In this document: positions 10,559-20,174 of the stretch, piece after piece
Layout: each line of letters opens with the position of its first letter
Numbering within the stretch: position 1 is the first letter of the stretch
Sequence record: KY794643.1
Length of the DNA: 64,000 nt
Source: Staphylococcus phage vB_Sau_S24
Reading direction: 5' to 3' (one strand)
Notes under the pieces: model-generated
Databases searched by the model: none
Seen by the model: the letters and a program-made list of their open reading frames with translations, nothing else
Told to the model about the DNA's origin: nothing
Made by a program: the position numbers and the translations under genes

Positions 10559-10846
10559 ATGAATAAAGCAGTAGAGCAAGCAAGTAACGCACTAGGTCAA
10601 GGATTTTCAGCCATGGTATGGCATCAAGTATTAGTAGGGTTAGGTTTTATTTTATTAGGACTGGTATTATCTTTATTAGTTTGGGTATTAGTGAAGAAAT
10701 TCCATGTACCTTTTAAACACCCAACAGCATTTGTAGTATATTCAATTATGTTAGTTAGTATTGTTGCTAGTTTTATTTGGGGCGGTTTACACGTCATTAA
10801 CCCTGAGTACTACGCAATTTTAGAATTAAAAGGATTTATAAAATAG
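10559..10846 (+). CDS. membrane protein (2 TM)
   Basis: RBS taaggagg; hydrophobic helices. Confidence 0.5.
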   Translation: MNKAVEQASNALGQGFSAMVWHQVLVGLGFILLGLVLSLLVWVLVKKFHVPFKHPTAFVVYSIMLVSIVASFIWGGLHVINPEYYAILELKGFIK

Positions 10847-10858
10847 GAGGAAATAAAA

Positions 10859-11134
10859 ATGGAAAGCAGAAAACAGAAAATTTTAACACTAAAGGTAAAT
10901 AACTTTTTAATTTTGGCTTTAGATATTGTAGCATTAGTTAGATATAAAAAAGGTAAAGATAAACAAAAGAGTTATAATACAGGACAAATTACAAGAATGT
11001 TAGCTACAACAGCTAACTCACTAGGTATTCTTTACTTAGAAGAACAGGAGCGTCAAGAGAAACGACAGAAGCATAATGATAAGATAGTTAAAGATTTTAG
11101 CCATACCTTAAATAAAACAAAAGGGGATAAGTAA
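10859..11134 (+). CDS. hypothetical protein
   Basis: RBS ataggagg. Confidence 0.4.
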   Translation: MESRKQKILTLKVNNFLILALDIVALVRYKKGKDKQKSYNTGQITRMLATTANSLGILYLEEQERQEKRQKHNDKIVKDFSHTLNKTKGDK

Positions 11135-11135
11135 A

Positions 11136-11801
11136 ATGGATATTAATTTAAAAGAATGGGAAGAAATTATTAATAAACAAGAAGAAATTGGTGGGTGCCC
11201 TAAAAAGGCTAAGATATCCTTTACAGGTAATAAAGACTGTCAATCATTTAAAGATAGCCTTACTGATGAGGAAGGAATCATATTCTATGTACAAAATGAA
11301 AAACTAGAGGTAGCCAGTTCAATTGTTGTACTAGCTAACGGTGAAGTTATTGTTACAACTGACAGTACCGTAACTCATGATACGATACCTGCTGATTTTG
11401 AAACTTCAGAAGAGTCTGTTGTGGAGTTTTTAGATAATTTATACATGAAAGCTACAGAAGAGTACTATAGTTGGTTACAATTACAATTAGTTGGTACTCA
11501 GCAGGAAGACAAATTACCAGGAATCATTGCAGAATTATCAAGAGGTCTTAGAGTAGGTAGTTTTACTATCAATGACCGAAATATGCTCATTCAAAGAAGA
11601 AAAGTAAGTATACATTTACCTGAGGGATACTTAATTGGTATTGAATACTCTAAGGATGAAGGTAGACATATTATAGATACTAAATTGCAAGATTCTGAAG
11701 GTACTCTTATTAATCGTATTATTAAAACAGATATTACGTATGATGGCTTCGGTCATTTAACTAATACCTTAGAGAGTATTGTAGAACCGATTTCATTATA
11801 A
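11136..11801 (+). CDS. hypothetical protein (221 aa)
   Basis: RBS aaaaggggataag. Confidence 0.5.
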   Translation: MDINLKEWEEIINKQEEIGGCPKKAKISFTGNKDCQSFKDSLTDEEGIIFYVQNEKLEVASSIVVLANGEVIVTTDSTVTHDTIPADFETSEESVVEFLDNLYMKATEEYYSWLQLQLVGTQQEDKLPGIIAELSRGLRVGSFTINDRNMLIQRRKVSIHLPEGYLIGIEYSKDEGRHIIDTKLQDSEGTLINRIIKTDITYDGFGHLTNTLESIVEPISL

Positions 11802-11878
11802 AAAAAGTTTAAGAAACCTATTGACATTAGGTTTCTTTTATTATATACTAAGAGTATATTAAATAAGGAGGTTAACTT

Positions 11879-12184
11879 ATGAAAGGTATTATTATATTTT
11901 ATAAAGAAGAAAATAAACACATCCTAAAGGAACTTTTAGAATTCATTAACACAACAGCAAAAGGGTTATCTTATACTACAGAAGGTACATTAGTCGATAA
12001 CGATATCGTTTTACTTGAAGATAATAATATGGGTAAATATAATTTGAGACAGTTTAGTAAGACAAATAATAGTTTAGTTGTAGGATTATTAAGTAAATCA
12101 CGTGATGATGTTCATTATTACGAAAAAGGGGATTCCTACGGTATAAGTATCTTGGATGAGTATTTAAAGGAGATGAGTCAATAG
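11879..12184 (+). CDS. paralog family A member
   Basis: MKGIIIFYKEENKHILKELLEFINT…LSYTTE motif; hairpin-embedded promoter at 11813-11850 plus palindrome TATACTAAGAGTATA. Confidence 0.5.
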   Translation: MKGIIIFYKEENKHILKELLEFINTTAKGLSYTTEGTLVDNDIVLLEDNNMGKYNLRQFSKTNNSLVVGLLSKSRDDVHYYEKGDSYGISILDEYLKEMSQ

Positions 12185-12591
12185 TGGAAAATGTATTTTT
12201 TGTTTTAGGGTTAGTAATGCTAATATTATGTTTAATCGGTCTTGCCATTATTAAAGTCCTAGAAACAAGACTAAAGAAAAAAGAACTAAGAGAAGAACGA
12301 GAATCTTTTGATACTTTGGAACCAAGTAAACTAGGTCATACAGGTTATGTTGAAAGTAAATATGCTTTGATTCATAAAGAATCAAGTAAAATAATAATAA
12401 GTGCAAATAAAAGTACAGTTATGGATACATTACAAAAAATGTATGGCTTAGAACTAACATCTGTAGATGTTTCTGAGGTTAAAGGACTAACCCCTTTCGG
12501 AGGTCATACAGAGAATATGGTATTACTTTCATACAAATTAGAAAGAGAAGGTCTCTATAAATTAATTGAGCTTAATAAGGAGGAGAAGTAA
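12184..12591 (+). CDS. protein with N-terminal TM (possible GTG start)
   Basis: ORF track; hydrophobic N-terminus. Confidence 0.4.
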   Translation: MENVFFVLGLVMLILCLIGLAIIKVLETRLKKKELREERESFDTLEPSKLGHTGYVESKYALIHKESSKIIISANKSTVMDTLQKMYGLELTSVDVSEVKGLTPFGGHTENMVLLSYKLEREGLYKLIELNKEEK

Positions 12592-12593
12592 TT

Positions 12594-12911
12594 ATGAAAG
12601 CAAAGTCAATAGAACGATTTTTTCAAGACAAGGTATTACAAATAGAAGGGTATAAAGTACGTTTTTCACAAGCTAGTTCAACATATATTTTAGACATAGA
12701 TATGATAGATGAATCAGTATTGTTTTTAGATACTGTAGTTTTCACCTTATCAGGTAAGTACTTATTAGATACACAGATTACGATTAATAAACCTGAAACA
12801 CTAAGCCCTAATGAATTATACACAGAGATTAGTAATAATTTACAAGATATTATAGGAGACCAAACTAAAACAAATATAGAGCTATCAAAATACTTTAAAG
12901 AGGTAAAATAA
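12594..12911 (+). CDS. hypothetical protein
   Basis: RBS aaggaggag. Confidence 0.45.
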   Translation: MKAKSIERFFQDKVLQIEGYKVRFSQASSTYILDIDMIDESVLFLDTVVFTLSGKYLLDTQITINKPETLSPNELYTEISNNLQDIIGDQTKTNIELSKYFKEVK

Positions 12912-12988
12912 ATAAGTTTATAAATAACTGTTGACAGCAGGTATTTATTATAGTATACTTTAGATATAAAGAAAAAGGAGAGGTTAAC

Positions 12989-13192
12989 ATGAATAACAAA
13001 CAAATTGAAAGATTACACAGGAAATCAAATGAGGTAGTAAGTAAATCAGAAGGTATTGAAGACTTAGGTTATGTACAAGCACATAAGATTATTAAGGAGT
13101 ACCTTGATTTACCAGTGTCTGATTTTGAAAAGAGAGATGTAATGACTGAATTACTATTAGCGTTAGATAAAGCTAACAAAACATTAGACTAA
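12989..13192 (+). CDS. hypothetical protein
   Basis: RBS aaaaggagagg; promoter TTGACA-N17-TATACT at about 12931-12959. Confidence 0.45.
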   Translation: MNNKQIERLHRKSNEVVSKSEGIEDLGYVQAHKIIKEYLDLPVSDFEKRDVMTELLLALDKANKTLD

Positions 13193-13225
13193 TTAGGATT
13201 TATATTATAAAGGAGGAAATTACAA

Positions 13226-13450
13226 ATGAATTATAAAGAGGTACTAGAAACTATTAAGAAGAATAAACCATGTAAGGTTAGATTTACTGGAAGTATTGTA
13301 GCAATTGTTAACACAGAATTTAATGCAGACACTGGTAAAGGTGTATTACAGATTGATGTATCAGATATCAATAGAGACGATTACATTAAGCTACAGCAGT
13401 ATTGCTTAGAAAGAGACGATTATACTGTAGCAGGTTCTATTTTATTTTAA
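13226..13450 (+). CDS. hypothetical protein
   Basis: RBS aaaggaggaaat. Confidence 0.4.
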   Translation: MNYKEVLETIKKNKPCKVRFTGSIVAIVNTEFNADTGKGVLQIDVSDINRDDYIKLQQYCLERDDYTVAGSILF

Positions 13451-13470
13451 AAAGGAAAGGAGTTAACACG

Positions 13471-14379
13471 ATGATTAAAGTATTTTCAGAAATTGATACA
13501 AAATATAAGACGATTGTACCGGAGAAATTCCCTAATGGTGAGATTAATTTTAAATACGATGACTTAGAATATTTAGTAGAAAAAGACCTACGGTTTGATG
13601 TTTTCTTTAAATGGGAAAGTGATGCGGACTTAATGCATTTGTATATGTTTACTAAGTATATAGAACAATTAGGTATTAAAGATAAAGCTGAGTTTTTAGA
13701 CATTGCATACGTACCTTATAGCAGAATGGATAGAGTAGAAGAAGGTCATAGTAATATGTTTAGTCTTAAGTATATTGCAGAGTTTATTAACAATCTTAAT
13801 TACAAATCGGTATGGGTAGCAGAGCCTCATAGCCCTGTAACAGAAGAATTACTTAAAAATTCTTTTGCTGTACATGTTACAATTAAACTATTAAACCAAT
13901 ATATTGAAATGTCTGAAGAACCTGTAACAATTGTACTACCTGATAAAGGAGCATATGATAGATACCTATTTGATGTAGAACGTATATTAATAGACTCTAA
14001 CATTGAAAATTATTCAATTGTATATGGTGAAAAGGAACGTGATTTTGAGACAGGTAAGATTAAAGGAATTAAAATAATTACAGATGAAAATACTGTATAC
14101 GATAACTGCATCATCCTAGATGATTTAACAAGTTATGGTGGGACTTTTGTAGGTTGTAAAAAAGCTCTTGACAAACTAGGTGTTAATAGTGTATCATTAA
14201 TATTGACTCATGCAGAGAAAATATTTATGGATGGTAAACTATTTGAATCAGGTTTTAAAGATATCGTTGTAACAGACTCAATGTTATCTGATAGCCCTTG
14301 GACAAAAGCTGTTGCTACCCATATAGCACAGGTAAATGGAACAGAATTACAAATAAAGGATATCGAAAGATATCTATAA
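13471..14379 (+). CDS. prs: ribose-phosphate pyrophosphokinase (PRPP synthetase)-like protein; candidate Adps of an NAD+ reconstitution pathway
   Basis: Prs-fold similarity with a phosphoribosyl-binding-type loop (…IILDDLTSYGGT…); start moved to the ATG after RBS aaaggaaaggag. Confidence 0.75.
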   Translation: MIKVFSEIDTKYKTIVPEKFPNGEINFKYDDLEYLVEKDLRFDVFFKWESDADLMHLYMFTKYIEQLGIKDKAEFLDIAYVPYSRMDRVEEGHSNMFSLKYIAEFINNLNYKSVWVAEPHSPVTEELLKNSFAVHVTIKLLNQYIEMSEEPVTIVLPDKGAYDRYLFDVERILIDSNIENYSIVYGEKERDFETGKIKGIKIITDENTVYDNCIILDDLTSYGGTFVGCKKALDKLGVNSVSLILTHAEKIFMDGKLFESGFKDIVVTDSMLSDSPWTKAVATHIAQVNGTELQIKDIERYL

Positions 14380-14396
14380 AAGGAGAAAAATAAACT

Positions 14397-15866
14397 ATGC
14401 TAAATCCAACATTAATGTGTGACTTCTACAAATTAAGTCACAGAGAACAATATCCTGAAGGTACAGAAATTGTATATAGTACACTTGTACCTAGAAGTAA
14501 CAAATATTATGAACATAGTGATAATATTGTAGTATTTGGTATTCAATCACTTGTTAAAAAGTATTTTATTGATATGTTTAATAGAGAATTTTTTAATAGA
14601 CCTAAAAAGGAAGTTATTAACGAATATAAACGTACAGTTAAATTCACATTAGGGCAAGAAAACCCTGACGCTAAACATTTAGAGCAGTTACATGACCTAG
14701 GCTACTTACCTATTGATGTAAGAGCTTTAAAAGAGGGTACAGTAGTTCACCCTAATACACCTGTTATGACAATAGAAAATACTCACTCAGATTTCTTTTG
14801 GCTAACTAACTACTTAGAAACTATTATTAGTACTCAAACATGGCAAGCAATGACAAGTGCTACACTAGCATATGATATGCGTAAAATGTTAGATAAATAT
14901 GCAATAGAAACGGTAGGTAGTATTGATGCAGTAGATTTCCAAGGACATGACTTTAGTATGCGTGGGATGAGTTCACTAGAAACAGCTCAATTAAGTTCAG
15001 CAGGACATGCAATTAGTTTTAAAGGTAGTGACACTGTACCTGTAGTGGAATTCCTAGAATCTTATTACAATGCAGATGTAGAAAAAGAAATGGTTGTTGC
15101 CTCTATCCCTGCTACTGAGCATTCAGTTATGTGTGCAAACGGTGATTATGAGACAATGGATGAATACGAAACATACAAACGTATGTTAACGGAAATCTAT
15201 CCAACAGGAGTATTCTCTATTGTATCTGATACTTGGGACTTTTGGGGTAATATGACTAAAACTTTACCTAGACTAAAAGATATTATTATGGAAAGAGACG
15301 GTAAAGTAGTAATCAGACCTGATAGTGGAGACCCTGTTAAGATTATCTGCGGTGACCCTGATGCAGATACTGAGCATGAACGTAAAGGTGCTGTAGAAGT
15401 ACTTTGGGACACTTTTGGAGGTACAGAAACTGAAAAAGGATATAAAGTACTAGATGAGCATGTAGGGCTAATTTACGGTGATTCTATTAACTATGAGCGT
15501 GCTCAACAAATTTGTGAGGGATTAAAAGAAAAGGGTTTTGCAAGTATTAACGTGGTATTAGGCGTAGGTAGTTTCTCTTATCAATTTAATACTCGTGATA
15601 CTCATGGATTTGCAATCAAAGCAACGTATGCTAAGATTAAAAATGAAGAGAAGCTTATCTATAAGAACCCTAAAACAGATAGCGGTAAACGTTCACACAA
15701 AGGTAGAGTAGCTGTTTACAAAGATGGCTCATGGGAAGATAACCTAAACCTTCACCAGTGGTTAAACAAACAGAATTTAAACCAATTAGAACGAGTATTT
15801 GAAGACGGTAAACTATATCGAGACCAGTCATTAAGTGAAATCAGAGAGATAATTAAAAATAATTAA
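14397..15866 (+). CDS. nadV: nicotinamide phosphoribosyltransferase (Nampt/NadV) family protein; candidate Namat
   Basis: 489 aa; Nampt-type N-terminus (NP.L..DFYKLSHREQYP) and overall Nampt-like length; RBS aaaggagaaaaat. Confidence 0.8.
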   Translation: MLNPTLMCDFYKLSHREQYPEGTEIVYSTLVPRSNKYYEHSDNIVVFGIQSLVKKYFIDMFNREFFNRPKKEVINEYKRTVKFTLGQENPDAKHLEQLHDLGYLPIDVRALKEGTVVHPNTPVMTIENTHSDFFWLTNYLETIISTQTWQAMTSATLAYDMRKMLDKYAIETVGSIDAVDFQGHDFSMRGMSSLETAQLSSAGHAISFKGSDTVPVVEFLESYYNADVEKEMVVASIPATEHSVMCANGDYETMDEYETYKRMLTEIYPTGVFSIVSDTWDFWGNMTKTLPRLKDIIMERDGKVVIRPDSGDPVKIICGDPDADTEHERKGAVEVLWDTFGGTETEKGYKVLDEHVGLIYGDSINYERAQQICEGLKEKGFASINVVLGVGSFSYQFNTRDTHGFAIKATYAKIKNEEKLIYKNPKTDSGKRSHKGRVAVYKDGSWEDNLNLHQWLNKQNLNQLERVFEDGKLYRDQSLSEIREIIKNN

Positions 15867-15880
15867 TAAATAGTTAAACT

Positions 15881-15913
15881 CCCTATTGACAAATAGGGGT
15901 TTCTATTATATAA
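15881..15913 (+). promoter_or_regulatory. Hairpin (CCCTATTGACAAATAGGGG) with TTGACA-N17-TATAAT consensus promoter embedded; doubles as terminator for the Nampt-like gene
   Basis: Inverted repeat plus exact -35/-10 hexamers at 17-nt spacing. Confidence 0.6.
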
Positions 15914-15944
15914 TATACCTATAATAAATAAGAGGAGGGTTAAT

Positions 15945-16199
15945 ATGATATACGTTGGAGTAACGGAGAAAGAAAAACTAGTTGCAGGAGACTTAGTAAA
16001 ATCAAAAGAAGAAAATAAATGGGGTATAGTAGTAGGAGATAAACAAGACTTAAATGTACTTATTCTAGATGATGAACCTTGGTTGTTTTATAAATCAGGT
16101 ATTAAAAGAGTAGAAGGGCAATTAGAGGAGGATTTTAAATTTATTAAAAATAAAAGTGAATATAATATGGATATAGGTGATGGGATTTATTCAGATTAA
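15945..16199 (+). CDS. hypothetical protein
   Basis: Consensus promoter inside hairpin at 15881-15913; RBS aagaggagg. Confidence 0.4.
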   Translation: MIYVGVTEKEKLVAGDLVKSKEENKWGIVVGDKQDLNVLILDDEPWLFYKSGIKRVEGQLEEDFKFIKNKSEYNMDIGDGIYSD

Positions 16200-16221
16200 A
16201 CTAAATAGTAAGGATGAGAAT

Positions 16222-16533
16222 ATGAAAAAAGTAATAGTATTACTTACAATCACTTTGTCTTTACTATTAGGAGGTTGCTCTCCTGATAATCATGAAGGTA
16301 AAGTAGTAGGTGTAGGTGAGTATAGAGAACCAACTACTTTTATAAAATCAGGGAATGTCACTGTACCGGTCATTGGTGAAATGAGATACTATGTAGACTT
16401 AGAGACAGATAAAGGAGAAGACCGTGTATACCTTAATAGGAAGGTTTATCATAAGTTTGATAAAGGTGATGATTTCTCTAATGTAGGTGGGAAAGTGTAT
16501 AGGAATGATGAATTAATTTATAAAGAAGAATAA
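16222..16533 (+). CDS. lipoprotein
   Basis: Signal peptide with lipobox LLGGC; RBS aaggatgag. Confidence 0.5.
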   Translation: MKKVIVLLTITLSLLLGGCSPDNHEGKVVGVGEYREPTTFIKSGNVTVPVIGEMRYYVDLETDKGEDRVYLNRKVYHKFDKGDDFSNVGGKVYRNDELIYKEE

Positions 16534-16600
16534 AAAACTTTAACTCTATCTATTGACTTAGGTAGAGTTTTATAGTATACTAAGAGTATATCAAATAAGG
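16533..16600 (+). promoter_or_regulatory. Promoter/operator cassette (copy 1): hairpin with TTGACT, -10 TATACT within the palindrome TATACTAAGAGTATA, RBS
   Basis: About 70 bp nearly identical to 21509-21578. Confidence 0.55.
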
Positions 16601-16611
16601 AGATGGAAAAT

Positions 16612-16902
16612 ATGAGAATTTATATAAGCAATGATTACAATGAGAAGTTACTTGATAAGTGTTTGAGAGATATCAGAGAGACTAAAAAGAGTATTACTTA
16701 TAGTATGAACTATGGAGAGAAGGATATCAAGGAGGCAGATATTGAAGTTATTCATCTTGATAAGAATATGTTAGAAACAGAAAGAAGGGCTTTTGCGTAT
16801 TCTAAGTTTACAGGAGACTGTATTTGCTTGTTCCCTTACAAAGTTATACTTATAAGAGAAGGGCAACTAGTATTTAATTTTAAATGGGAGGAATTAATAT
16901 GA
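16612..16902 (+). CDS. paralog family A member
   Basis: MRIYISNDYNEKLLDKCLRDI…ITYS motif; promoter cassette 16533-16600. Confidence 0.5.
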   Translation: MRIYISNDYNEKLLDKCLRDIRETKKSITYSMNYGEKDIKEADIEVIHLDKNMLETERRAFAYSKFTGDCICLFPYKVILIREGQLVFNFKWEELI

Positions 16903-17042
16903 ATACAGAGAAATTATTAAAAACATCACATATGTATGAAAATGTAAAGCAGTATGACATTAAGAAACTACCAAAACCAAGTATGGTAAGTAAAGACAAA
17001 TATATGAAGTAATAGAAGAATCATTTTATAGGAGGAGTTATA

Positions 17043-17264
17043 ATGTATATAAAAATATATCCTAAAACAGGAGAGCCATATTATTTCCAAAAGATGATTG
17101 GTAAGTATGCTGTAAAAGGAACTAAGAATTTAAAAGATGCTACAATGTTTAAGACATTCAAAGATAGTAAAAAGATAATGGATTCACTAAATCTAAAATT
17201 CTCATTAGACTATTCATTGTTTGAAGATGTACGAGACACAGATTATCTTTTAAGAGGTTTTTAA
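17043..17264 (+). CDS. hypothetical protein
   Basis: RBS taggaggag. Confidence 0.4.
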   Translation: MYIKIYPKTGEPYYFQKMIGKYAVKGTKNLKDATMFKTFKDSKKIMDSLNLKFSLDYSLFEDVRDTDYLLRGF

Positions 17265-17298
17265 AATTAAAACACACATTTTATAAGGAGGAAATGCA

Positions 17299-17532
17299 AT
17301 GAAATATATAACACATAGACAAATTGATTATATAGTACATTTACACAAGATACTCTCAGAGTTTGGGTTTGTCGATTTCGAGTTTAAAACCTACTCAGAA
17401 TATAGCAAACTAAATATTAAACAAGCAAGTTCATACATTAGAAAACTAGAGAATGAAATGACACCTAATGTATATGATAACATAGAAGAGAAAGCTTGTT
17501 TAGAAGAAGTATATGGTATAGGGCAAGAGTAA
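17299..17532 (+). CDS. hypothetical protein
   Basis: RBS aaggaggaaat. Confidence 0.4.
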   Translation: MKYITHRQIDYIVHLHKILSEFGFVDFEFKTYSEYSKLNIKQASSYIRKLENEMTPNVYDNIEEKACLEEVYGIGQE

Positions 17533-17561
17533 TATTAAATAAAGGGGAAGGAGGAAATACA

Positions 17562-17843
17562 ATGATAAGTAGAAAAGATTTAATTAATAGAGTTAATAAC
17601 AGTATAAATAATCCAACAGATGAAGAAATTAAACATGGAGAGAAGATTTTAAAAAAGTTAGATAAAGGGGTTAAAGAGGTTGCTTATAGAGGAGGAGACT
17701 TAGTTCATTTTCCTTTCTTCATCAGACCTACATTAGGCACTGTTAAATATGTCATAGATAGACTAGAGAATCTAGGTTATGATGTACAGGTACATGATGG
17801 TGATGCAGGTCACTATATAAATATTTATTTAAATAAGGGTTGA
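17562..17843 (+). CDS. hypothetical protein
   Basis: RBS aaggggaaggagg; track ORF 17496 trimmed to the RBS-proximal ATG. Confidence 0.4.
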   Translation: MISRKDLINRVNNSINNPTDEEIKHGEKILKKLDKGVKEVAYRGGDLVHFPFFIRPTLGTVKYVIDRLENLGYDVQVHDGDAGHYINIYLNKG

Positions 17844-17880
17844 CATTAAATAAATAACGTGTTAAGATTAATATATAATC
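17840..17880 (+). promoter_or_regulatory. Conserved promoter box TTGACA-N17-(TG)TTAAGATTAATATATAAT (copy 1 of 4)
   Basis: Repeated at 20215, 23218, 24237. Confidence 0.5.
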
Positions 17881-17900
17881 AATTAAGGAGGAAAGTTAAC

Positions 17901-20174
17901 ATGAAACAATTAGTATTAATGAGAGGGGTGCCGGGAGCCGGAAAGTCTACTTTTATTAAAGAGAATGGGTTAGAACCTTACACTCTCTCCCCTGATGAAC
18001 TTAGAACAATGCATACAAGCCCTATATATAATGAGCAAGGAATGAAAGTTATATCTCAGAAACACGATAATAAAGTTTGGGATAACCTAATGGAAATTCT
18101 TGAAGAAAGAATGATTAATGGGGATTTTACTGTTATTGATGCTACGCACTCTACAGGAAAATTAATTAAAAAATATGAGACACTAGCTCGTAAATATCGT
18201 TATCGTACTTATGTAGTAACTATTGAGCAAGATTTAGACACATTAATTGAACGTAATAACCAAAGAAAAGAGTTAAAAAAGGTTCCTGAAGAAGTAATTT
18301 ACAATATTTATGAAAGGTTACAACATGAACATATCCCTAGTTATGCTACAGAAATTAGCTCAGATGAATTAATGGATAAGATTAAATGGAAAAAAGATTC
18401 CTTTGATGCCGATAATTATGATAAAATCCATGTTATTGGGGACGTTCATTCATGTTTTACAGTAATTAATCAGTTTGCAAGTTATCAAAAAATTATTGAT
18501 AATCCAAATGAGTTATTTATCTTTGTCGGGGACTACTTTGATAGAGGTTTAGAGACTAAAGAGGTGTTTGATTACTTAGAACTAATTTATAAACAACCTA
18601 ATGTAGTGTTGTTGGAAGGTAATCATGAGAGACACTTAAGACGATATGCCTTTTTAGATGAGGAAGATTATTTAAGTTTAGATTGTACAGATAAAGATTT
18701 CTATGATACTGCAATGAAATTATTCCATGCAAGAGGTTTTATTCCTACGCTTAAAGAATTCATGACATATGGAATTACTCAAAAACAAGTAAGACGTATT
18801 GTTCATAAATTACAGCAAATAGTATACTTCAATTATAAAGGGCAATACTATATGATTAATCATGGTGGTATCTTACCTAATATGTTAGATGACATTAACT
18901 TAGTATCAACTCACCAAATCATTAATGGCGTAGGTGGGTATGAATATCAAATTGATGAGCAATGGGATGACTCAGATGTTATTCAGATTCACGGTCACAG
19001 AAATCTTTATAGGGAGCCTTTAGATGTAACAAAACAATCTATTAATTTAGAGGGAAGAGTTGAAAAAGGAGGTTCTTTAAGAGCTGTAACGATTAATGAA
19101 GACAATACTTTAACGCCTTATGAAATTAAAAACGAAGTATATGATTCTAAATTTTTATTAAACAATGACTATACAGAAGATATTGACCCTAATCTAACAG
19201 TTGAAGATTATTTAAAACTAGCAAAAGAAGACCCCTATATTAAAGTCGTACCTCAATATGATAATGTAGTATCTGTAAACTTTACTAGAAAGGCTTTTAG
19301 CAGAAAGCATTGGAACCAATTATCTGTTACTGCTAGAGGATTATTTATTGATGAGAGTACAAATAAAATTGTTGGTAGAGGGTATAATAAATTCTTTAAT
19401 ATTAATGAAAGACCTGAAACAAAATTAGAAAATCTACCTGATACTTTAGAATTCCCTGTATATGCTTCATTAAAATATAATGGATTCTTGGGGTTAATGT
19501 TCTATGACAATAATCGTGATGAACTAATTTACGCTAGCAAATCGAAAACACATTTATCACAACATGATAATTCTTTTGCTCTATTATTTAAAGAAATTGT
19601 TGAAGAAACATGGACTACTGAACAAATTAAAAATACAAAAAAATATTTAAAAGAAACAAATAAAACACTTTTATTTGAAGTAATAGATAATATTAATGAC
19701 CCTCATATTATTGATGATGGAGATAAAAGAAGAGTAGTATTATTAGATGCTGTTGACAACACGCTTAAATTTAATAAACTAGTTGGAGAAGAGCTCATTT
19801 ATCTTGCAGTAAATGTGATTGGTATTGATAAAAATGTATCCACTTCTAATTTCTCTTTCTCTAATTGGAATGACTTATTTACTTTTTACCAAGACTTAGA
19901 AAAAGATAATTCTTTTGCAATAGAAGGGTTTGTGTTAGAAGACTCTAATGGGTTCATGTTAAAATATAAAACACCATATTACAATAATTGGAAATATATG
20001 AGAAGTTTAGTTGATTCATTATCAAAGGATAACTTACAAAGAAGACCTATTCAAGCAATCTTACAAAAAGATAAAACTCTTACAGACTTTTATTACTGGG
20101 CAAAACAACAAGACAAAGAATATTTAAAGAACGATATTATTACTTTAAGAAATGATTTCTACAAAGAATTATAA
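17901..20174 (+). CDS. pnkp: polynucleotide kinase-phosphatase / RNA ligase fusion (Pnkp-like RNA repair enzyme)
   Basis: N-terminal P-loop GVPGAGKST; central calcineurin-like phosphoesterase motifs GDVH…GDYFDRG…GNHE; C-terminal nucleotidyltransferase (ligase) motif I KYNG. The domain order matches bacterial Pnkp. Confidence 0.75.
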   Translation: MKQLVLMRGVPGAGKSTFIKENGLEPYTLSPDELRTMHTSPIYNEQGMKVISQKHDNKVWDNLMEILEERMINGDFTVIDATHSTGKLIKKYETLARKYRYRTYVVTIEQDLDTLIERNNQRKELKKVPEEVIYNIYERLQHEHIPSYATEISSDELMDKIKWKKDSFDADNYDKIHVIGDVHSCFTVINQFASYQKIIDNPNELFIFVGDYFDRGLETKEVFDYLELIYKQPNVVLLEGNHERHLRRYAFLDEEDYLSLDCTDKDFYDTAMKLFHARGFIPTLKEFMTYGITQKQVRRIVHKLQQIVYFNYKGQYYMINHGGILPNMLDDINLVSTHQIINGVGGYEYQIDEQWDDSDVIQIHGHRNLYREPLDVTKQSINLEGRVEKGGSLRAVTINEDNTLTPYEIKNEVYDSKFLLNNDYTEDIDPNLTVEDYLKLAKEDPYIKVVPQYDNVVSVNFTRKAFSRKHWNQLSVTARGLFIDESTNKIVGRGYNKFFNINERPETKLENLPDTLEFPVYASLKYNGFLGLMFYDNNRDELIYASKSKTHLSQHDNSFALLFKEIVEETWTTEQIKNTKKYLKETNKTLLFEVIDNINDPHIIDDGDKRRVVLLDAVDNTLKFNKLVGEELIYLAVNVIGIDKNVSTSNFSFSNWNDLFTFYQDLEKDNSFAIEGFVLEDSNGFMLKYKTPYYNNWKYMRSLVDSLSKDNLQRRPIQAILQKDKTLTDFYYWAKQQDKEYLKNDIITLRNDFYKEL

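Noticed and set aside
13402-13470. N-terminal extension MLRKRRLYCSRFYFILKRKGVNT of the Prs-like ORF
   Set aside because: It overlaps the previous gene and has no RBS; a strong RBS aaaggaaaggag precedes the ATG at 13471. The same reasoning applies to the MLRLIYNQLRRKVN extension at 17859 and the MVRLVYNQLGGEV extension at 23237.
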